64,000 nt of DNA. It comes from Granulicella sp. (GTDB lineage Bacteria; Acidobacteriota; Terriglobia; Terriglobales; Acidobacteriaceae). Position 1 is the first letter of the stretch; every line of letters starts with the position of its first letter. Position numbers and translations under genes: made by a program. The stretch is from positions 19,687 through 83,686 of the forward strand of contig DAHWNL010000030.1 of the NCBI GenBank assembly GCA_027339965.1, in the 5' to 3' direction. This document shows positions 52,804-64,000 of this stretch, piece by piece. The notes beneath the pieces were generated by a model. The model saw only the letters and a list, made by a program, of their open reading frames with translations, made no database searches and was not told the DNA's origin.

Positions 52804-54567
52804 TCAAACTTCCCGCCTGGCGGCAATCGGGAACCTTCTTCCCATGCCAAACGACTTCTTGGAAACTTTCAACACAGGCGCTGCCTGTTGCCGTTTGTAC
52901 TCACTCATCTCCACCAGGCGAATTACCCTGCGCACCTGCTCCAGATCTACGGCCTCGCTCCGGGCGATCTCCTCTGCGGATCTATAATCCTCAATGTACG
53001 CCTTCAGAATCGGATCGAGCAGATCATAGGGCGGTAAGGAATCAGTATCCTTCTGCCCCGGCCGAAGCTCCGCGGAAGGAGGCTTGGTCAGTGTATCTGT
53101 CGGAATTACTTCGCGCTCGCGATTCAACCACCGGCTAAGCTCATACACCTCGGTTTTGTATAGATCTCCAATCACGGCCAGCGCGCCCACCATATCTCCA
53201 TACAACGTGCAGTACCCGCAGGCCATCTCACTTTTGTTCCCGGTCGTCAGCACCAGAGCACCGGTTTTGTTGGAGAGCGCCATCAACAGACTCCCCCGGA
53301 TCCTCGGCTGCAAGTTCTCTTCCGCCAAGCCGAAGCCGGCCGCTGCCCCGGCCATTCGATAGACCGGCTGCAGGGCTGCCAGAAGCTGCTCGTATGTGCG
53401 ATGGATGGGGATCACTCTGAAACCGATCCCCAGATTCCTGGCCAACATTTCGGCGTCCTGGATGGAGCCCGCAGAGGAGAATTCACTCGGCATACCCACC
53501 CCCAGCACGTTTTCGGCGCCCAGCGCCGCAACCGCGATTGCCGCCACCAAAGCCGAATCGATTCCGCCGCTCAACCCGACAATCGCCTTGCGGAACCCGC
53601 ACTTGTGAAGATAATCCCTGGTTCCCAATACCAAAGCCCGCCATAGCCGCTCAAGGTGGTGCGGATCTTCACCGGAGGCCTGCGGCGGCCCTGCCACCAA
53701 CTGCAACGGCGGCTCTTCATCTATGCCCGGAGCGCTCCTCCAGGCAGCGACTTCGCCCTCGGTCTCAATCAGCAACAGATCCTCTTCAAAGCTGCGCGCC
53801 TCTGCAAAAACCAGCCCGTCAGGCCCGGCGGCAAAGGACGCGCCATCGAAGATCAGGCTATCGTTGGCGCCCACCTGGTTCACCATCACCAAGGTGGCTC
53901 GATGTCTGTTGGCCAGAGCTCCTATCATCTTCTGCCGCAGCTCCCGCTTTCCCTTCCAGAACGGCGAGGCCGAGATGTTTACGATTAACCTATGCCCGCT
54001 GAGCATTTGGGGCAGCGCAGCCCACTGCCGCATCAGCTCTTCGATTGGATCGACCGGATACATCTGTCTCGGCCAGAACAGCTTGTCGTTCCAGGCGTCC
54101 TCACAGACTGCAATCGCCACGGCCTGTCCCTTCACCACCGCCAGCATCTGCTTTTCGGCCGGCTCAAAATAACGCTGCTCATCGAAGACGTCATAAAACG
54201 GAAGCAGCATCTTCTGCTGCACAAATTTGATCTCACCGTCCTCCAGCAGCACGGCCGCATTCCGAGCGCGTTTGCCGGAGACGCTCTCGCAGCGCATGGG
54301 CGAACCACAGAGCACCGCCGGCCTGCCGGAGCTGGGACTCGACGCCCGGGTCAACGCTGCCAGCTCCGCCAGAGTCTCCTCGGCGCGCACAACAAAGCTC
54401 TCCTTTTCCAAGAGATCCGCCGGAGGATAGCCGCAGGTAGCCAGTTCTGGAAAGACCACCAGCGCAGCTCCAGATGTCGCCGCCCGTTCGATGAACTGCG
54501 TGATCTTCTTCAGATTTCCTGAGAAGTCCCCGACTGTTGGATTGATCTGCGCCAGCGCGATCCGCAC
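52804..54567 (-). CDS. nadE: glutamine-dependent NAD+ synthetase
   Basis: Nitrilase domain (FPEL, K, CED) plus GLSGGIDS, TGNKSE, PSAELRPGQKD. Confidence 0.96.
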   Translation of the reverse strand: MRIALAQINPTVGDFSGNLKKITQFIERAATSGAALVVFPELATCGYPPADLLEKESFVVRAEETLAELAALTRASSPSSGRPAVLCGSPMRCESVSGKRARNAAVLLEDGEIKFVQQKMLLPFYDVFDEQRYFEPAEKQMLAVVKGQAVAIAVCEDAWNDKLFWPRQMYPVDPIEELMRQWAALPQMLSGHRLIVNISASPFWKGKRELRQKMIGALANRHRATLVMVNQVGANDSLIFDGASFAAGPDGLVFAEARSFEEDLLLIETEGEVAAWRSAPGIDEEPPLQLVAGPPQASGEDPHHLERLWRALVLGTRDYLHKCGFRKAIVGLSGGIDSALVAAIAVAALGAENVLGVGMPSEFSSAGSIQDAEMLARNLGIGFRVIPIHRTYEQLLAALQPVYRMAGAAAGFGLAEENLQPRIRGSLLMALSNKTGALVLTTGNKSEMACGYCTLYGDMVGALAVIGDLYKTEVYELSRWLNREREVIPTDTLTKPPSAELRPGQKDTDSLPPYDLLDPILKAYIEDYRSAEEIARSEAVDLEQVRRVIRLVEMSEYKRQQAAPVLKVSKKSFGMGRRFPIAARREV

Positions 54568-54971
54568 TCTTCCAGTCTAGAGCAGTTTTGCGGTCTCCGT
54601 TTTCAGAAACAGGAGAGAGCGGTTCGAGGTTTGAGGGAATCTGCTGCTCGCTCAGAGCCGCCCGGCTGTAAGGGACAGCGTCATTCGATAGCCTTCAAGA
54701 TCAGAACCCGCAGCACTGACCGCACAGCAACGATCTCTGCCGCGCAGCAATGATTCTTGAAGATCTTCCCGGGTGGCGCCCCGACGGTGGCAACCGACCC
54801 GCAGTTGGAAAGAAGGCATCTTATTGGAGAGGTGATGCCGAGAGGCGTCAACCGCCTGTTTGGGCGCGCAAAAGTCCGCTTGCAAAAATGCTTGCTGTTT
54901 CCAAATGGCTTCGAGCCGCAGGACGTCTCGACCTGCCGCGCGCATCCTCATTGAAGAAAATCAGCAAAAAA

Positions 54972-56477
54972 TCAAGAGCCTGTTCCGCTCAGCACTGCAC
55001 CCACGGTACGGGCCAGGATACGCAGATCCAGCACCAGATTCCAATTCTCCACATAGGCCGTATCCAGCGAGATATAGCTATCAAAAGACGGATCCTGACG
55101 CGCCTCTACCTGCCATAAACCCGTGATCCCAGGCAGAACATCCAGCCGGCGCAGATGCCGAAGATCGTACTTTTCGACCTCTGCGGCCAGCGGCGGCCGG
55201 GGACCGACAAGACTCATGTCTCCAATCAATACGTTGAAAAACTGTGGCAGCTCATCCAACGAGTACTTTCGTAACCACCCTCCGACCCGAGTAATGCGCG
55301 GATCATTGCTGATCTTGAACAAGATCCCATCGCGCTCGTTCTTATGTTCCAGATTCTGCTGCAACTGATCCGCATTGACCACCATGGTGCGGAACTTCAG
55401 ACAAGTAAACGTTCTCCCCTTTCGTCCGATGCGTACCGCTCGGTAGAAGACCGGCCCCGGAGAGTCCAGACGGATCAAAAGGGCGATTGCGGCCATGAAG
55501 GGCGCGATCACCAGCAGCGCAAGCACCGAGAGCAGGACGTCCAGCCCACGTTTCAGTAAAAACGCTCCGCGGGGAAACTGCCGCTGGTGTAGAGGAATGG
55601 TTGGAAATTGTCCAATGAATTCCACGGGAGCGTTCCAGGCCAGGCCGTCATATAGATCAGGCACTACCCGCACCTCAATGCCATGCACTCGAGCCTCCTC
55701 AACCACCGAGATCACCGTCTGCTTGTCGGCTGGGGTTGAGAAGTAGATTTCATCCACAAAAAGCGAGCGCGCCAGACTGACACAGTTATGAATACTTCCT
55801 ATGGACTGCGCATTGGCGGGCTCTTCGGCCTCCGCGTCCAGAGAGATAAACCCCATGAACCGGAAGCCCATATGGGGCAACGCCTGAAGATGATTGCGAA
55901 GCGCCTGCGCCACCCGCCCATTGCCCACAATCAAAACGTTCCTGGTCTCCCGCCCCTGCAGGAACCTGCGCTGCATCATCTTGCGCTCAATGGCGCGGCG
56001 CAACATCAAAAAAGCTAGGGTAATGAAGATCGTCAGCGCCACCACCACCCGCGAAACGGCATACTCCTTCATGACGTACAACGTGCCGCACAGCATCAGA
56101 CCCGAGGTGAGCGTAGCCTGCACCGTGAGCCGCTGTTCGTTCAAGCCGCTGCGCACATCGGGCGGACGGTAAAGTCCGTACAGTCTTGCGAAAACAACAA
56201 CATACAAACTGAAGACCAGCAGATATGCGAAGTAGACCAGCGGCGCAGCGGCCTCCAGATGCCGTAGGACGGGATCAGAGGTGGGCACCGCCACTGGATC
56301 CAGATGAATACGGAAGGCAATGAATCCGGCCAGCAATGCGCTGAGGAAGTCCGACATCGCCCACACCGTGATCGCGATCGATGGTCTAGCAAACAGCCGT
56401 ATTCGCTCTTGTGCTCGAGCCATCTGCCGCCGCTGGCTTGAGATCGTTGCTTGCTTCAAATAGTCAAGAGTCCCCAT
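54972..56477 (-). CDS. polyprenyl-phosphate hexose-1-phosphate transferase (WcaJ/GumD-like)
   Basis: KFRTM, DPRITRVG, SLDELPQ, MSLVGPRP, PGITGLWQV; N-terminal TM helices. Confidence 0.93.
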   Translation of the reverse strand: MGTLDYLKQATISSQRRQMARAQERIRLFARPSIAITVWAMSDFLSALLAGFIAFRIHLDPVAVPTSDPVLRHLEAAAPLVYFAYLLVFSLYVVVFARLYGLYRPPDVRSGLNEQRLTVQATLTSGLMLCGTLYVMKEYAVSRVVVALTIFITLAFLMLRRAIERKMMQRRFLQGRETRNVLIVGNGRVAQALRNHLQALPHMGFRFMGFISLDAEAEEPANAQSIGSIHNCVSLARSLFVDEIYFSTPADKQTVISVVEEARVHGIEVRVVPDLYDGLAWNAPVEFIGQFPTIPLHQRQFPRGAFLLKRGLDVLLSVLALLVIAPFMAAIALLIRLDSPGPVFYRAVRIGRKGRTFTCLKFRTMVVNADQLQQNLEHKNERDGILFKISNDPRITRVGGWLRKYSLDELPQFFNVLIGDMSLVGPRPPLAAEVEKYDLRHLRRLDVLPGITGLWQVEARQDPSFDSYISLDTAYVENWNLVLDLRILARTVGAVLSGTGS

Positions 56478-56692
56478 CGTGCGTCCCCGCAGTACGATTC
56501 CCTCTTCCGAGCCGCTGGTTCCGCCATACCGTACATGGCCAGAGTTCTTGTGGTGATCTCGGTTAACCTCTTGTATATCACCCGTCTCACTAAAGTTTGA
56601 AGAAATTATTACTGGTTTCTAAGATTCGTTATCATATAAGGTTCACGCGTTGCAAAACCAGGCACTTAAGTTGATAGCCGGTTGAGAGGCTT

Positions 56693-57772
56693 CTATACCG
56701 GCATCACCAACTCGTCCCTGGAAAAAAACTCTCGTAGCATCGGGTCTGGGCTGGAGCGCATCTCCTCCGGGGTACCGAAGAAGCGAACTACACCTTCATC
56801 GAGAAAGACCAACCGGTCCGCCAGCTTTTCGGCAAAGCGCATGTCATGGGTCACAATGATGCTGGTAAGGTGCAACTGCATCTTGAGCCGCTGAATGAGG
56901 TTGCCCAGCAGGTGCCCCATCAGTGGATCCACCATCGTGGTCGGCTCGTCATAGAGAATCGCGGAGGGCTGCGCCGCCAGGGCTCGTGCAATCGCTACTG
57001 AACGCTTCATCCCGGTGGACAGCTCCGCAGGCAGCTGATCCTCCATCCCCGCCACCCCAGCCATCTCAAGTAAACCCCGGACGACCTGCAAGATCTGATC
57101 TTCCTGAAGATTGCCGCGCTCGCGCAGCGGGAAAGCCACATTCTCTCCCACCGAAATCGAATCAAACAGCGCTCCGTTCTGGAAGACCATCGTCACCTTT
57201 CGCCGCACATCCTGTATCTCGTTCTCGCTCAGCCCGCCTATGTCCTGCCCCGCCACCCTCACTGTCCCGCTGTCGGCCTTTAGAAATCCCAGAATGATCC
57301 GCAGAGAGACTGATTTACCGACCCCGCTGCGGCCCAAGATGCACAGCGTTTCGCCGGGCTGCACATAAAAACTCACATCGCTGAGCACCATCCGACTGCC
57401 AAAGGACTTGTTGACGTGTTCGAAGGCGATGAACGGAACGATATCTTCGACAGCCTTCTGCTGGTCTCCGGCTACACTTTCCAGCAGCACCGGCGTCTCG
57501 GCCGCAACCTCCGCCTCCTGATCCAGGTTCGCCTGGGCTGCCTCGGCGATAAACTCCTCCACCACGGGAGCGACATCGGCCGAGACATCCTCAATCAGTG
57601 GCCTCTCGGCCTGCTCCGCCTCGCCGCCAGACGCTCCTTCTTGCGGGCCGCGTGGCAAAGGCGCTGACGAAGGATCTAATCCATTAGCCCGCTCGCCGGA
57701 GGCCGATGACGGAGCCGGCTCGCAAGGCCCTCCGGGTTGGGAAGAATCAGAATGCCGCTCCGGTTCTCTCAT
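56693..57772 (-). CDS. ABC transporter ATP-binding protein (MlaF/Mkl-like)
   Basis: GRSGVGKS, FQNGALFDS, LSTGM, YDEPT, VTHD. Confidence 0.9.
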   Translation of the reverse strand: MREPERHSDSSQPGGPCEPAPSSASGERANGLDPSSAPLPRGPQEGASGGEAEQAERPLIEDVSADVAPVVEEFIAEAAQANLDQEAEVAAETPVLLESVAGDQQKAVEDIVPFIAFEHVNKSFGSRMVLSDVSFYVQPGETLCILGRSGVGKSVSLRIILGFLKADSGTVRVAGQDIGGLSENEIQDVRRKVTMVFQNGALFDSISVGENVAFPLRERGNLQEDQILQVVRGLLEMAGVAGMEDQLPAELSTGMKRSVAIARALAAQPSAILYDEPTTMVDPLMGHLLGNLIQRLKMQLHLTSIIVTHDMRFAEKLADRLVFLDEGVVRFFGTPEEMRSSPDPMLREFFSRDELVMPV

Positions 57773-57971
57773 TGCTGTTCCTTCTTATGATGCACGCTTT
57801 TGATTCCGGCATTCCCTGCTGGAAATCCACAGCCGGCACCTGCGCGGGTACGTTCACGGTTTGGGCAATGGCGTTCTTGATGCGCTAAGCGAGCCGCCGC
57901 TCCTGCGCCGGAGACGGCCCGAGCGGCGCCGGCTGGCTCTCCGCATCCTTCACGGGTCGGCCTGGAAACAT

Positions 57972-58628
57972 TCAGCTCTCCCAATCGATTGCCCCACCCG
58001 GCTGCGCCAGACGCTCCGCCAAGACCAACTCCTGAGGGGTATTGATGTTGGTGAACCAGTGTGCGGCGGACCTCTGGTCGGCCACTTCAGCCAGATCCTG
58101 CGCATCGCATACCCAGATTCCTCCGCCGCCGGCTATCTTCAGTAACTCCTCCAGTCTTCGACAGCCTTGATCCAAGCCCGCCGAGAGTCTTTCCCTGCAA
58201 TCGGCTCGGACCATGCAGAACGTGGGTTGGCTTCCTCCACAGCGGAGATAACTCGCAGCCAGCCCTTGCCCGGCCAGCACGGCCTCGCTCCATCGCCGCA
58301 GCAGACGCGCCGGCACCAGTGGAGCGTCTACCGGCAGAAAGATCGACCACGGCTGGCGAGACGCAGCGAGACCAGCTTCGATTCCCGCTGCCGGCCCCGT
58401 CTCCAACCGCGTCTCTGGAACCACGGGCGCAAACTCACCCAAATCCGCGCGGTTCCCGGCGATGCTTACCTCTGCACAAAACCCCCGCAGCTTCTCCACC
58501 GCCAACTCCACCATCGGCCTGCCCAGGAACGGAAGCCGCGCCTTATCAGATCCCATCCGCGCGCTCTTGCCCCCGGCCAGCACAAATCCATGCACCGGCA
58601 GGCGGCCAGCCTGCAGTGGCAAAGCCAT
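57972..58628 (-). CDS. mobA: molybdenum cofactor guanylyltransferase
   Basis: LAGGKSARMGSDKA, GPAAGI, VDAP, NINTP. Confidence 0.92.
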   Translation of the reverse strand: MALPLQAGRLPVHGFVLAGGKSARMGSDKARLPFLGRPMVELAVEKLRGFCAEVSIAGNRADLGEFAPVVPETRLETGPAAGIEAGLAASRQPWSIFLPVDAPLVPARLLRRWSEAVLAGQGLAASYLRCGGSQPTFCMVRADCRERLSAGLDQGCRRLEELLKIAGGGGIWVCDAQDLAEVADQRSAAHWFTNINTPQELVLAERLAQPGGAIDWES

Positions 58629-60067
58629 CAGATCCCCGCCTCGGCCGAATCCCCAACCTTATCCAGAAACCGCACAATCGATTCAATTCCGCGGTGAAAG
58701 TTAGCCAGATGGAACTTCTCATTGGGGGCATGCAGATTGTCATCCGGTAGCCCAAAACCCATCAGCACCGTAGGAGTTTTCAGTTCGCGCACGAAATCTC
58801 CAACAATAGGAATCGACCCTCCACCTCGAACAAAGACGGTCGGTTTGCCAAAGACCTCCTTCATCGCCTCCGTGGCCGCGTGGACATAGCGGTTGTCCGT
58901 GCTGACCACAATCGGATCGCCGGAATGAATCAGAGTCGCCTTCACTTTCACGCCTCGAGGGCAGATCTGTTCGACAAACTTCCGGTATTTTGAAAAGGTC
59001 TCCTCCGGATTCATCCCCGGAACCAGGCGGAAGCTGATCTTGGCTGAAGCCTTGGCCGGAATGACCGTCTTGGCTCCCACACCGGTAAAACCTCCTGAGA
59101 TTCCATGGACATCCATCGTGGGCCGCGCCCAGGTCCTCTCCAGCACAGAGAATTCCTCCTCCCCGGTCAGTTCGGTCGAACCCACCTCGCGCCGGCGGTA
59201 CTCTTCCTCATCGAACGGTAGGGATCGCCAGGCCTTCAACTCTGCCGACTTCGGTTCCTCGATCCCGTCATAGAAGCTGGGGATCTTGATGCGGCCATCG
59301 GAACCTTTCAACTGCGCGATGATCTGCGCCAGCGCCACCAGCGGATTTGGCGCTGCCCCTCCGTACATCCCCGAGTGCAGATCCGTGGCCGCACCCTGAG
59401 CCTCCAACTCCGTGTAGATCATTCCGCGCAGCCCCACGCAAAGGGTGGGGAGTTCCGGGGCAAACATCTCCGTATCGCTGACCAGCGCCACATCGGCTTT
59501 CAGTAGATCCCCGTGCTCGCGCACAAAAGCTGCAATTCCCTCACCGCCGACCTCCTCCTCGCCCTCCATCAAAACCCGCACATTCACCGGCAGTCTTCCG
59601 TCGGCCTTCAGCAGCGACTCGAGCGCCTTCACGTGCATCCACATCTGTCCTTTGTCATCCACCGCACCCCGGGCATAGAGGTTCCCATCCCGTTCCGTCG
59701 GTTCAAAGGGCGGAGACTTCCACGCCTCCAGCGGCTCGGCGGGTTGAACGTCATAGTGCCCATACAAAAGCACTGTGGGACGCGGACTCCCATCGGGCAA
59801 CGGCTCGGCGTGCAGCCACTCGGCGTAGACCAGTGGGTGGCCCTGACGTCCCACCCTTTCAGGGGAGGGTTCTGTACTCGTCTCGACCAGACGCACTTGC
59901 TCCAAGCCGGCTGAGCGCAGTCCAGCGGCGACGAACTCCGCCGCCCGGCGCACATCTCCGGCGTGTTCCGGAGCCGTGGACACCGAAGGAATCCTCAAAA
60001 GATCTTTCAATTCGCTCACAAACCGCTTCCCATGCTCCCGGGCAAACACAACTGCCTTTTGACTCAT
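58628..60067 (-). CDS. M20 family metallopeptidase (dipeptidase, ArgE/DapE-like)
   Basis: YGHYDVQP, RGAVDDKG, EGEEE, DLHSG, HAPNE; start approximate. Confidence 0.92.
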   Translation of the reverse strand: MSQKAVVFAREHGKRFVSELKDLLRIPSVSTAPEHAGDVRRAAEFVAAGLRSAGLEQVRLVETSTEPSPERVGRQGHPLVYAEWLHAEPLPDGSPRPTVLLYGHYDVQPAEPLEAWKSPPFEPTERDGNLYARGAVDDKGQMWMHVKALESLLKADGRLPVNVRVLMEGEEEVGGEGIAAFVREHGDLLKADVALVSDTEMFAPELPTLCVGLRGMIYTELEAQGAATDLHSGMYGGAAPNPLVALAQIIAQLKGSDGRIKIPSFYDGIEEPKSAELKAWRSLPFDEEEYRRREVGSTELTGEEEFSVLERTWARPTMDVHGISGGFTGVGAKTVIPAKASAKISFRLVPGMNPEETFSKYRKFVEQICPRGVKVKATLIHSGDPIVVSTDNRYVHAATEAMKEVFGKPTVFVRGGGSIPIVGDFVRELKTPTVLMGFGLPDDNLHAPNEKFHLANFHRGIESIVRFLDKVGDSAEAGI

Positions 60068-60263
60068 CGATTTATCCTTTCCCATCTCCAAACGGCCCTC
60101 TGCCGGCTGCTTCATCCACGCATCCGGGGCACGCACCCAGCATAGCCTTCCCGAACGGTTGCATCCACCCCGAAGCCAGCCCAGCCGAAGCAGGCCGCAG
60201 GCTCCCTGTTAGAACAATCCACCCTCCGGAGGGCCTGCATTTCGTTTAAGATGGAGGAGAGCC

Positions 60264-60617
60264 ATGCCCCTGCGCAACCGCCATCTCGCCTGTTTGCTGC
60301 TGCTGCTGTCTTCGCTGAGTGCCGAGCAGGCTCCGCACCGGGTGCTCTTTGCCCGCTGGGGCGGCGCGCCGACGCGCGCCCTTGGCCGGGCGGACTTCGT
60401 CCTGGGCGGAGGCTACCTATACAGTCTTTTGCTTCAGATGCAGAGCGCCGCCGCTGCCGGTCTGTCTCAGCCTCCGGCTGTCGGCACTGACGCTCATGCA
60501 GCAGAGTCCCTGGAGCTTGCACCGGCCCATAGCATGCCTGGGGCTGCTGCTTGGACCATGTACCCCCCGGCTGAGTACGCCGCCGCGCTGGAAACCGTCA
60601 CCTCTCGCCTGAGTTAA
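60264..60617 (+). CDS. hypothetical protein, possible signal peptide
   Basis: GGAGGAGA RBS and hydrophobic N-terminus; no recognisable domain. Confidence 0.35.
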   Translation: MPLRNRHLACLLLLLSSLSAEQAPHRVLFARWGGAPTRALGRADFVLGGGYLYSLLLQMQSAAAAGLSQPPAVGTDAHAAESLELAPAHSMPGAAAWTMYPPAEYAAALETVTSRLS

Positions 60618-60699
60618 ACCGGCGACCCCCGACCGTCCACAGTCCCGGTTCCTACTCTTCCTTCCGCGTCTGCGCGCTACCAGCAAAGGATTCATCCCC

Positions 60700-63693
60700 G
60701 TGTTCAACAAGACCCTCGCAAAACTCTTCGGAACGAGCAACGAACGCGCCGTCAAACGCATGCTTCCCACGCTGACGCAGATCAACGGCTATGAAGCTGC
60801 TTTGCAACAGCTCTCTGACGCCGATCTGGCGGCCAAAACCACAGAATTCCGGGCCCGCATCGCGGCTGCCACCCAGAACCTGACCGATGAACAGGAAATT
60901 CTCGCGGCTGAAAAGCAAGCCCTCGACGATCTTCTGCCGGAGGCCTTTGCCGTGGTCCGGGAGGCCGGCCGCCGGGTCGTCGGCATGCGCCACTTCGACG
61001 TGCAGATGATCGGCGGCATGGCCCTCCACCAGGGCAAGATTGCCGAGATGAAGACCGGCGAGGGCAAAACCCTGGTTGCCACGCTACCCTGCTATCTAAA
61101 CGCTTTGGCCGGACGCGGCGTTCACGTCGTCACGGTCAACGACTACCTGGCCAAGCGCGATGCAGAGTGGATGGGCAAAATTTACGGCTTCCTTGGCCTC
61201 AGCGTCGGGGTCATCGTCCATGACCTCTCCGACGCCGAGCGCCGGGCCGCCTACGCCGCCGACATCACCTATGGCACCAACAACGAGTTCGGCTTCGACT
61301 ACCTCCGCGACAACATGAAGTTCGATCTCGCCGACATGGTACAGCGCGGCCAGAACTACTGCATCGTTGACGAGGTGGACTCCATCCTGATCGACGAAGC
61401 CCGCACGCCTCTGATCATCTCAGGGCCGACCGACAAGACCACCGACAAATACACCTTGGCCAACGCCATCGTGCCCCAACTCGAGCAGGGAGAGCTGGTC
61501 GAGACCCTGGAGACCAAGACCTGGAGTGGGGATTACGTTGTGGACGAAAAGGCCCGCGCCATTACCGTCACTGACGAGGGTTACGAAAAAATTGAAAAGT
61601 TGCTCGGTATCAGCAGCATCGCCGACCCGGAGAACTGGGACATGAAGCGCCACATCGAGGTCGCCATCAAGGCCCACACGCTCTACCGCCGCGACGTAGA
61701 GTACGTGGTCAAGGATGGCGAAGTCATCATCGTCGATGAGTTCACTGGCCGCCTGATGCCAGGACGCCGCTGGTCCGACGGACTCCACCAGGCCGTCGAA
61801 GCCAAAGAAGGCGTGCAGGTCCGCAAGGAAGACCAGACCCTGGCGACCATCACTTTTCAGAACTACTTCCGCCTTTACAAAAAGCTCTCCGGCATGACCG
61901 GCACCGCGGAGACGGAGGCCTCCGAGTTCGACTCCATCTACAAGCTCGATATCCTTGTGATCCCCACCAACCGTCCCATGCTCCGCATCGAGCACCCGGA
62001 CGTGGTTTTCCGAACGGCCAAGGAGAAGTACTTCGCTGTGGCCGACGAGATTGAACGTCTGCATGCAGCCAAACAACCCGTTCTGGTGGGCACCACCAGC
62101 ATCGAAAAGTCCGAGCTACTTTCGGAGATTCTCAAGCGCAAAGGCGTCCGGCACGTCGTCCTCAACGCCAAGTTCCATGAGAAGGAGGCCGAGATCGTGG
62201 CCCAGGCGGGCCGTCTGGGCATGGTGACCATTTCCACCAACATGGCCGGTCGCGGCACGGACATTCTGCTCGGAGGCAACCCCGAGTTCATGGCTCGCCA
62301 GGATCTGGTCAAGCGCAAGATCGCCCGTGCTGTCTCGGCCGCCGAAGGAACCATCCACCCCGTTGCGGCCCCCGGCTTCATTCGCTTCTACTATCAGTCG
62401 CAGGAGTTTGAAGTCTCGCAACAGGAGTGGGAAACCGCACTGCAATCCCACGCCGCTGCCACCAAGGCCGAACATGATGCTGTGGTGGAAGCTGGTGGCC
62501 TGCACATCCTCGGCACAGAGCGCCATGAGTCCCGCCGCGTGGACAATCAGCTTCGCGGCCGCGCAGGCCGTCAGGGCGATCCGGGCAGCTCGCGGTTCTT
62601 TCTTTCCCTGGAAGATGACCTGATGCGCATCTTCGCTCGAGAATGGGTCTCCAATCTGCTCCAGTCCCTGGGCATGGAAGAAGGCGTTCCCATCGAGAGC
62701 AGGATGATCTCCAAACGGATCGAAGGCGCGCAGAAGGCCGTCGAAAGCCAGAACTTCGAGTCCCGCAAGCACGTTTTGGAGTACGACGACGTCATGAACA
62801 AGCAGCGTGAGGCCGTCTACTCGCTGCGCCACCAGCTCATGGAGGGCGTCAATCAGAAGCAACTCATCACCGAAGATTATGTCTCCACCATCTTGTCCGG
62901 CATTCTGGATGAGTATGCCCCCGAAAAGGTCCATCCGGAGATGTGGGACACAGAGAACATCTTCAAGCAGATCAAGGATATCTTCGGCGCCGATCTGACC
63001 CCAGAGATTGATGCCTCCCAGCTCAACCGTCATGAACTCGGAGAAGCCATCTACGAGAAGCTGCAGCAGCGCTACAACACCAAGGAGCAGATCCTCGGTG
63101 AAAGCCAGCTACGTTACCATGAGCGCGTTGTGATGCTCTCCGTGCTCGATGCTCTTTGGAAGGAGCATCTGCTCAATATGGACCACCTGAAAGAAGGCAT
63201 CGGCCTGCGCGGCTACGGTCAGGTGGACCCTCTGGTGGAGTACAAAAAGGAGTCCTTTGAACTGTTCGAGGCCATGATGATGCGCTTCCAGGAGGACACG
63301 GCACGCAACCTCTTCCGCATGCAGATCCTGGCTCCTGACGGAACGCTGATCGAGAGCGTCGAGCAGCTATCGCGGCTGAATCTGACGAACACCGCTCCGG
63401 GCTTTCCGGCCCCACCTCAACGCCTCCCCGGCGGCGAGCCGCCAGCGCCGCCCCCCCAGCAACAGGCGCCGCCCCCCATCGTTCCCACTCGGTCTCCTTC
63501 GACCACCATCGACGCCCTGGAGCGGGAGTTCCAACGTAACAAACAGCGAGACCTGGCTGCGGCCCGCCAGGCCGGTGGCACCGCAACCGCTGTCGCCACC
63601 CAGCGCCGCACCGGCGAGACGATCGGTCGAAACGACCCCTGCTTCTGCGGCTCCGGCAAGAAGTACAAGAAGTGTCACGGAGCCAATGCCTAG
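60700..63693 (+). CDS. secA: preprotein translocase ATPase SecA
   Basis: [58 protein letters not shown]. Confidence 0.98.
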   Translation: MFNKTLAKLFGTSNERAVKRMLPTLTQINGYEAALQQLSDADLAAKTTEFRARIAAATQNLTDEQEILAAEKQALDDLLPEAFAVVREAGRRVVGMRHFDVQMIGGMALHQGKIAEMKTGEGKTLVATLPCYLNALAGRGVHVVTVNDYLAKRDAEWMGKIYGFLGLSVGVIVHDLSDAERRAAYAADITYGTNNEFGFDYLRDNMKFDLADMVQRGQNYCIVDEVDSILIDEARTPLIISGPTDKTTDKYTLANAIVPQLEQGELVETLETKTWSGDYVVDEKARAITVTDEGYEKIEKLLGISSIADPENWDMKRHIEVAIKAHTLYRRDVEYVVKDGEVIIVDEFTGRLMPGRRWSDGLHQAVEAKEGVQVRKEDQTLATITFQNYFRLYKKLSGMTGTAETEASEFDSIYKLDILVIPTNRPMLRIEHPDVVFRTAKEKYFAVADEIERLHAAKQPVLVGTTSIEKSELLSEILKRKGVRHVVLNAKFHEKEAEIVAQAGRLGMVTISTNMAGRGTDILLGGNPEFMARQDLVKRKIARAVSAAEGTIHPVAAPGFIRFYYQSQEFEVSQQEWETALQSHAAATKAEHDAVVEAGGLHILGTERHESRRVDNQLRGRAGRQGDPGSSRFFLSLEDDLMRIFAREWVSNLLQSLGMEEGVPIESRMISKRIEGAQKAVESQNFESRKHVLEYDDVMNKQREAVYSLRHQLMEGVNQKQLITEDYVSTILSGILDEYAPEKVHPEMWDTENIFKQIKDIFGADLTPEIDASQLNRHELGEAIYEKLQQRYNTKEQILGESQLRYHERVVMLSVLDALWKEHLLNMDHLKEGIGLRGYGQVDPLVEYKKESFELFEAMMMRFQEDTARNLFRMQILAPDGTLIESVEQLSRLNLTNTAPGFPAPPQRLPGGEPPAPPPQQQAPPPIVPTRSPSTTIDALEREFQRNKQRDLAAARQAGGTATAVATQRRTGETIGRNDPCFCGSGKKYKKCHGANA

Positions 63694-63703
63694 AATCTTT
63701 TAG

Positions 63704-64000
63704 GGCGACTCTGATTGATTAAGTTCGTACGTTTCCACCGTCCGATGGTTCTAGTTTGCAATCATCGAGGTGAGCGGGGATGGAACAGCAGCAGAGGTTG
63801 GCGATGGCGGCAGGATTTGAGAAGTGCGCGAAGGTGACGCGTGGTGCAGAGTTTCTTTTGCAGATGGAGATCGTGGTTCCGTGGGGTGAGTTGTGGGCCG
63901 AGATCGAGCCGTTTTATCCCAAGGCCGGCAACGGACGCCCTCCGGTGGGACGGGAGCGGATGCAGCGGATGTACTTGGTGCAACAGTGGTTCAACCTTGC
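63704..64000 (+). mobile_element. IS5-family element, left end with partial transposase (ATG 63780, runs off window)
   Basis: My translation MEQQQRL...TRGAEFLLQMEIVVPW..IEPFYPKAGNGRPP...QQWFNL matches an IS5 transposase N-terminus; TTAG precedes GGCGACTCTGATT. Confidence 0.85.

Noticed and set aside
54577..54892. CTAGAGCAGTTTTGC with possible partner GCAAAAATGCT, resembling an IS630-type MITE
   Set aside because: The right end lacks the terminal TA and there is only one copy in the window
57769..57984. Small ORF or TAG read-through frame between mobA and the ABC ATPase
   Set aside because: No recognisable domain and no evidence of recoding

Overview
GC-rich bacterial chromosomal segment, most likely Acidobacteriota (inferred from protein styles and a GGGTGCCCCA-type palindromic repeat; not proven). 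It is mostly housekeeping: ccsA/hemX-hemA, mutS-anmK-peptide SBP, fluoride riboswitch-crcB-DUF190 genes, xerD-xerC, metB-metC, ffh, gltB, argRCBDFGH-argA with tandem ARG boxes, nadE, mobA, an M20 peptidase and secA. An accessory block at about 18.4-34.5 kb holds a decayed ISKra4-family IS with a 9-bp target duplication, a group II PLP decarboxylase, a STAS-pseudoreceiver protein and a C30-carotenoid operon (crtN-DUF2141-crtP-crtQ-crtO-...-SRPBCC) that lacks crtM and aldH. Non-coding highlights: four copies of a ~115-bp TA-duplicating MITE (one splits an ORF, one supplies the ffh stop codon), a 166-nt rod-shaped candidate ncRNA, and an unrecognised terminator/antiterminator leader ahead of metB-metC. 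An IS5 transposase begins at the right edge. I saw no CRISPR array, tRNA or rRNA. All family assignments come from motif recognition by eye; no database searches were run.
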